Positions 1-64,000 of a stretch of DNA of 64,000 bases are shown one piece after another (position 1 is the stretch's first letter; each line of letters opens with the position of its first letter). Source of the DNA: Tubiluchus corallicola (Eukaryota; Animalia; Priapulida); contig JAQGDQ010000432.1 of NCBI GenBank assembly GCA_030141605.1, forward strand, positions 1,418-65,417, written 5' to 3'. A program made the position numbers and the translations under genes. The notes below the pieces were generated by a model, which worked only from the letters and a program-made list of their open reading frames with translations, did not search any database and had not been told where the DNA came from.

Positions 1-354
1 CTTCTGTTCATATAAAAATGAAATGAAAATTGAATTTAGGCGCTTTTACAAAATTTCATATGCTTTTTCACCGTTACAGTTTTTGTTTGTGCACTACCTG
101 CTCTTTTGGAACATTTTTACACAAATTAGAGATGTCTGCAATGTTCCAGCGTAAATGTTTCTGAAAATATGAAAAAACTCAAATTTTAACCTGTATTATT
201 AGTAACTAGAATACAAAGCCTTTGCCTTAAAAAACTTGTCCAAGAAAACAACTAGTTTAGCAGATATATTATGCCAATAGTCTTATCTGCCAATAGTCTG
301 TCCATTTGTATTTTGTTTGATATCTTTTTGTTTACCTGTGCTGTATTTTCGTAG

Positions 355-1315
355 AACATCCTGCAACAATCAACGTGACCATTCCAAAGAAGAGACTAGA
401 TTCAATAAACACTTACAGGGAAAAAATCAACAGCTTCCAGAAACGTTCCTCTCTTTACGGTGGTGGATACGATACAAAATTTGTTCATATGATAGACAGG
501 TTTGTGTTTTTCTTAGAACTAGATGCATCTTGTTGTTTTTGTTACAAATATATCTAAAGTTTGAAAAGTAACAATTAATTATGACTTGTATGATCAGTTT
601 GAACTCCAGCAAGTATGCTGACTCTTTTTGTTGACTCATGTCTCATAATGCAGCTTAAAGTAATGATTCATTTGTTTAAAATTCTAAGCAGATACATAGA
701 CACATTATGAATTTGCAAAAAGATTCCTAGCTCTTGAAATCTGGCGCATGCTCTAACTTAGTTATACTGTGCTAGGACAGGACTACAATTTTTTCTTTGA
801 TCCTGCCAACAAAAATAGCAGAACTCAGTGGAATTTCTAAGAAGTGTTTTGTTTGGATTTTTTACGCTTACTTGACACAAAGTATTCTGCTAACAGCTTG
901 GAACCCGTTTTATTATCAACCCTTTTGCTAAATATCATAGACAAAGATTCTTTGATAATTTCACAATTTTTATTTGACGAACGTAAAAGGAGTCACTTAT
1001 GTCCTATCGTGTCATGTACTCTTTTGATGAATAACAAACAGTATGTTTTTGTGAGGCTTTCATTTGACATTAGGCATGGTTAACTTCTAATATCTCTTGA
1101 TTTTATGATACAGTAATTTTGCTGATAGCTGCATTAAAATTCAGTATCCTTTGAAAATGTGATACCAAATTTCATTTTCTAGTCTGGCGTCAGAAGTCCT
1201 CGACGATACTTTAGCAGACGTTGCTAAGAACCTCGACGAAATTTTGGTAGATTGCACGGAGCAAGTATACAACGAAGAGTTCGTAGAACCAAGTAAAGCT
1301 GCAGTTCTAACTTAA
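355..1315 (+). CDS. KIAA0753: 3' end (last two coding exons, 355-499 and 1183-1315) of a Moonraker/KIAA0753 (OFIP)-like centriolar protein
   Basis: AG/GT-bounded exons join in phase 2: HPATINVTIPKKRLDSINTYREKINSFQKRSSLYGGGYDTKFVHMID|SLASEVLDDTLADVAKNLDEILVDCTEQVYNEEFVEPSKAAVLT* (TAA 1313-1315; AATAAA ~1374). Matches the Moonraker C-terminal pattern as recalled (SIxxYxxxF...ExxxEELxDxxLxxVAxELxxxxxDYAExxFxxEF). Confidence 0.62.
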
Positions 1316-1428
1316 TGTTGCAGAATAAAGATTGGATGCCATTTAGATGTTTGGTAAAATATCTACATTCCTGAATAAATTTAGACATTTCCAATTTTGT
1401 GTAGCTGATTTCTTCTTTGCTATACTTA

Positions 1429-1965
1429 CCGTATATGCTCGCATATAAGCCGAATTTAGAACTATAAAATACAATACTGAAATCAGGGGGTCGGCTTATA
1501 TGCGCATGAAACAAAATGAACACTTTTTATTTAGCAATACACCATTGTGTGTCACCAGTAACCAAGCTACAGCTAGTGGTGAAGCCGACGTCATCAGCCA
1601 ATTGGTAGGCAGCGCGTGGGGAGACGAGGGTCACGTGGCTTATAGAGGAACAGCAAACCAATGAGGCAAACGTGAGCGCGCGGCCACAGAATTTAAAAGT
1701 GTGCTGAATTTTTATAATTTTAGTTGTAAAATTATTTGTGCAATACACCATGCCTGGAGAAAAAAGAAAACGTATGTCCTATACTGCTGACTTCAAGCTA
1801 AAAGTGATACCCAATTAACAAAATGTGACAAAAAGGGATCAATTTTGTTGATTGGGTATGGAGTAAAATTAGACAAGTTGATGGTCGGCTTATATACGGG
1901 TTTTTGCAAAAACTGGCCATTTTAAAGCAGTTTTAGGGGGTCGGCTTATATGCGAGTATATACGG
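1429..1965 (+). mobile_element. pogo/Tc1-mariner-type internally deleted DNA transposon (MITE)
   Basis: TIRs CCGTATATGCTCGCATATAAGCCGA ... TCGGCTTATATGCGAGTATATACGG with TA on the left. Internal ATG at 1750 gives MPGEKRKRMSYTADFKLKVI, like a pogo-type transposase N-terminal HTH start, then stops. Confidence 0.8.
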
Positions 1966-2542
1966 CAACTGCAAAATATAATGTCTTAAATGATTACTAA
2001 GATGTTCAAGTGGCTGAAATTGACGAATGAAAACAGCTTGCTTTCTGTTTGTACGAATCCATTCTTACTAAATTCCACATCTAGATTTTCATGGACATCC
2101 AGAATTGAATGACTGCTTTTTGAAATGACCGCATGTACAAGAGGGGACGGTTTAGTGGCCATGATATGCATGGCACAATGGTGATAATACTTATTTCATT
2201 TTATTTTATTTTCACAAAGCTGTAAGAACTGCAAGTCAAATTGTTTCAAACGAAATTTTAAAATGATTTGCAAACTTAAAAATATAAAGTCAATAACGAC
2301 TATCAGGACTTACATCACATTCATTCATATCGTTACATCTATCTACACTTCTACTGTACATTTTTGACATGCATGTTATGAAAAATTCTGCGTAGTAATA
2401 TCAAAAATAATCAACTTTTCAACCATAAATTATGATATTACTACATACAAATCTATCTATATTTTCAACGTATATGTTGCCTACGTCGAATAATGAGGCC
2501 AAATTTAATTCGCGCTTTCTTTTTTTTCTTGATATTTGTAAG

Positions 2543-2644
2543 TGGGATTTGGTTTGTGACAGAAGTTGGATGGGAAGTTTCAGTATGTCAATGTACAGCG
2601 TGGGAGGAATAATTGGAACTACAATCTTTGGTTTGATAGGATAA
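2543..2644 (+). pseudogene. Isolated SLC22 organic cation transporter exon relic
   Basis: Reads WDLVCDRSWMGSFSMSMYSVGGIIGTTIFGLIG*, i.e. the SLC22 WDLVC signature plus TM2. A stop replaces the expected (S/A)DR and donor, the acceptor is a weak AAG, and no other SLC22 exons are seen nearby. Confidence 0.65.
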
Positions 2645-3908
2645 TATTAAATATTTAATATACCACGTTCTGCCTGCCATACTGCCTTGGACAGTTGTCA
2701 AAGGGTGAAGGAAACTGTACTTGCAGCTAAAGGTGACACCTTCACCGGTCCCTTCTCTTACAGGAATATCTTTGGTAGTGGGCAAGATTCTGGTCCCGTC
2801 ACAAGCCCCACTGAATTAGGACTTATGTATATATGTATAATGTACGTATTAATGTTACCAACCAGTTTTCCAAACATTGGGTTAAGTTAGTAACTGTTAG
2901 TTTGATAATAAGGAACATCACTGTTATGCATTATTGAACCGCATTAACTAAAAACAAATAATGAAAGACATAGAATACGTAATTATCATAATAATTATTA
3001 TTATTTCTCATGTACAGTATATACAAACTTGATCAACACTGTAGTTAGCATGATACAAATTCTTATTTAAGAACACAAACATGGACAATTGTCAACACTT
3101 TCGGTCATAAGCAATGTCCATTCAGTAAAATTGTATAAAAGAATAAAATGGTTTCCAATGAGAAGAAATGGGCACAAACCTGTTAATCAAAGGCAGCAAT
3201 TTGAAAGACATTAACGAAGCAATTTTTAAATTCATGAACATTAAATGATTCATAGGCACACAAACTTAATTATTTTGCTCGACATTCTGCAGAAACTGTA
3301 ATAAGAAAGTGAAAAAAGAAAGAAAAAACCTTAAGATTCCGCTGACAAGGTCCAGTTAAGTACACATCAGCACCAATAGTGAACGGCAACAGTGACAGCA
3401 CAAAAAAAGTAAAAAAAAATTGTAAATGACCCTGCTTTATGATGAATAAATAATATATTGCACAGGCTAAAAGCCTTAAAAACACGAGTATTAAAATTTG
3501 GCAATATAGCAAATTCAAGCTAAACAGATTAGCCAAAAAATACACGGCCGATAAAAGCAGTTCCGTTATTGTCGAAAAAAGGTTATCAACACAGTGCCCT
3601 ACGTAAAAACGAAATACCCGTTTAAATATTTGTGAAATAAAAGTGATGCTGAAGGTTTCTTACTGAGTACCACTGGTCTGAAGCTAAAAGCAACAAAAAA
3701 TATCTAAAACTACAAATTTTTAAGTAGCACGTGTAAGGCAAGACTATGCATACAACGAAGTGAGATTAAAAAAGTAAAAAAAATTTTAACGACACGAAAC
3801 AAAGCCTATGCGACGAAACGTTTACTATAAAGTACAACCTGACTGCTGCGCACACGCTTCTTCCAATTAAAAAAATTCCTAGCTTTTGTTGTTACATTTT
3901 TGATAAGT

Positions 3909-63710
<59,802 letters not shown>

Positions 63711-64000
63711 CTGTAAGAAAAGATCACAAAATAAATGTCCACACTGAGTTCTAACACCAGACTCAAATTTGCATTAAACAAGGCATAACTATACTTACAC
63801 AACATACACTAACTACAATTAAAGTAGGAGAAAACCCTTAGTTTAAAAGATTAAAAAATTCATTTTGAAATTTGGTATCATCTACGCACTGCCTTATTGC
63901 ACGTAGGACACGTATTAGTAGCAACACGGTGTAAAACTCCAAAATTTAAACTCCCACGATGACCATTAGGTTGCTTGAAACAAGTTTAGTTAACACTATA

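Overview
AT-rich, intron-rich animal genomic DNA; the divergent ionotropic receptor points to a protostome invertebrate. No prokaryotic features. Almost the whole window (3909-63710, minus strand) is one giant gene, 5'-truncated by the window edge. I reconstructed it by hand as 45 GT-AG exons with consistent phases (~10.1 kb CDS, ~3360 aa). It encodes a type-I membrane protein: EGF, then a DOMON domain split by an RGKR/Thr-rich insert, a second DOMON, 23 Kazal domains with mucin spacers, a ~580-aa (S/T)AEPEP repeat exon, a third DOMON, SEA, a TM helix and a cytoplasmic tail. The N-terminal part resembles Drosophila nahoda-type EGF/DOMON proteins (from memory). An intronless divergent ionotropic receptor is nested antisense in one intron, bracketed by two same-orientation Helitron-like ends. 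The left edge holds the last two exons of a convergent Moonraker/KIAA0753-like gene and an orphan SLC22 pseudo-exon. Introns carry MITEs (pogo/Tigger-, piggyBac- and hAT-like), tRNA-SINE and LINE relics, several minisatellites and a double hairpin with a shared loop. All coordinates were read by eye and all homologies are from recall, not database searches.
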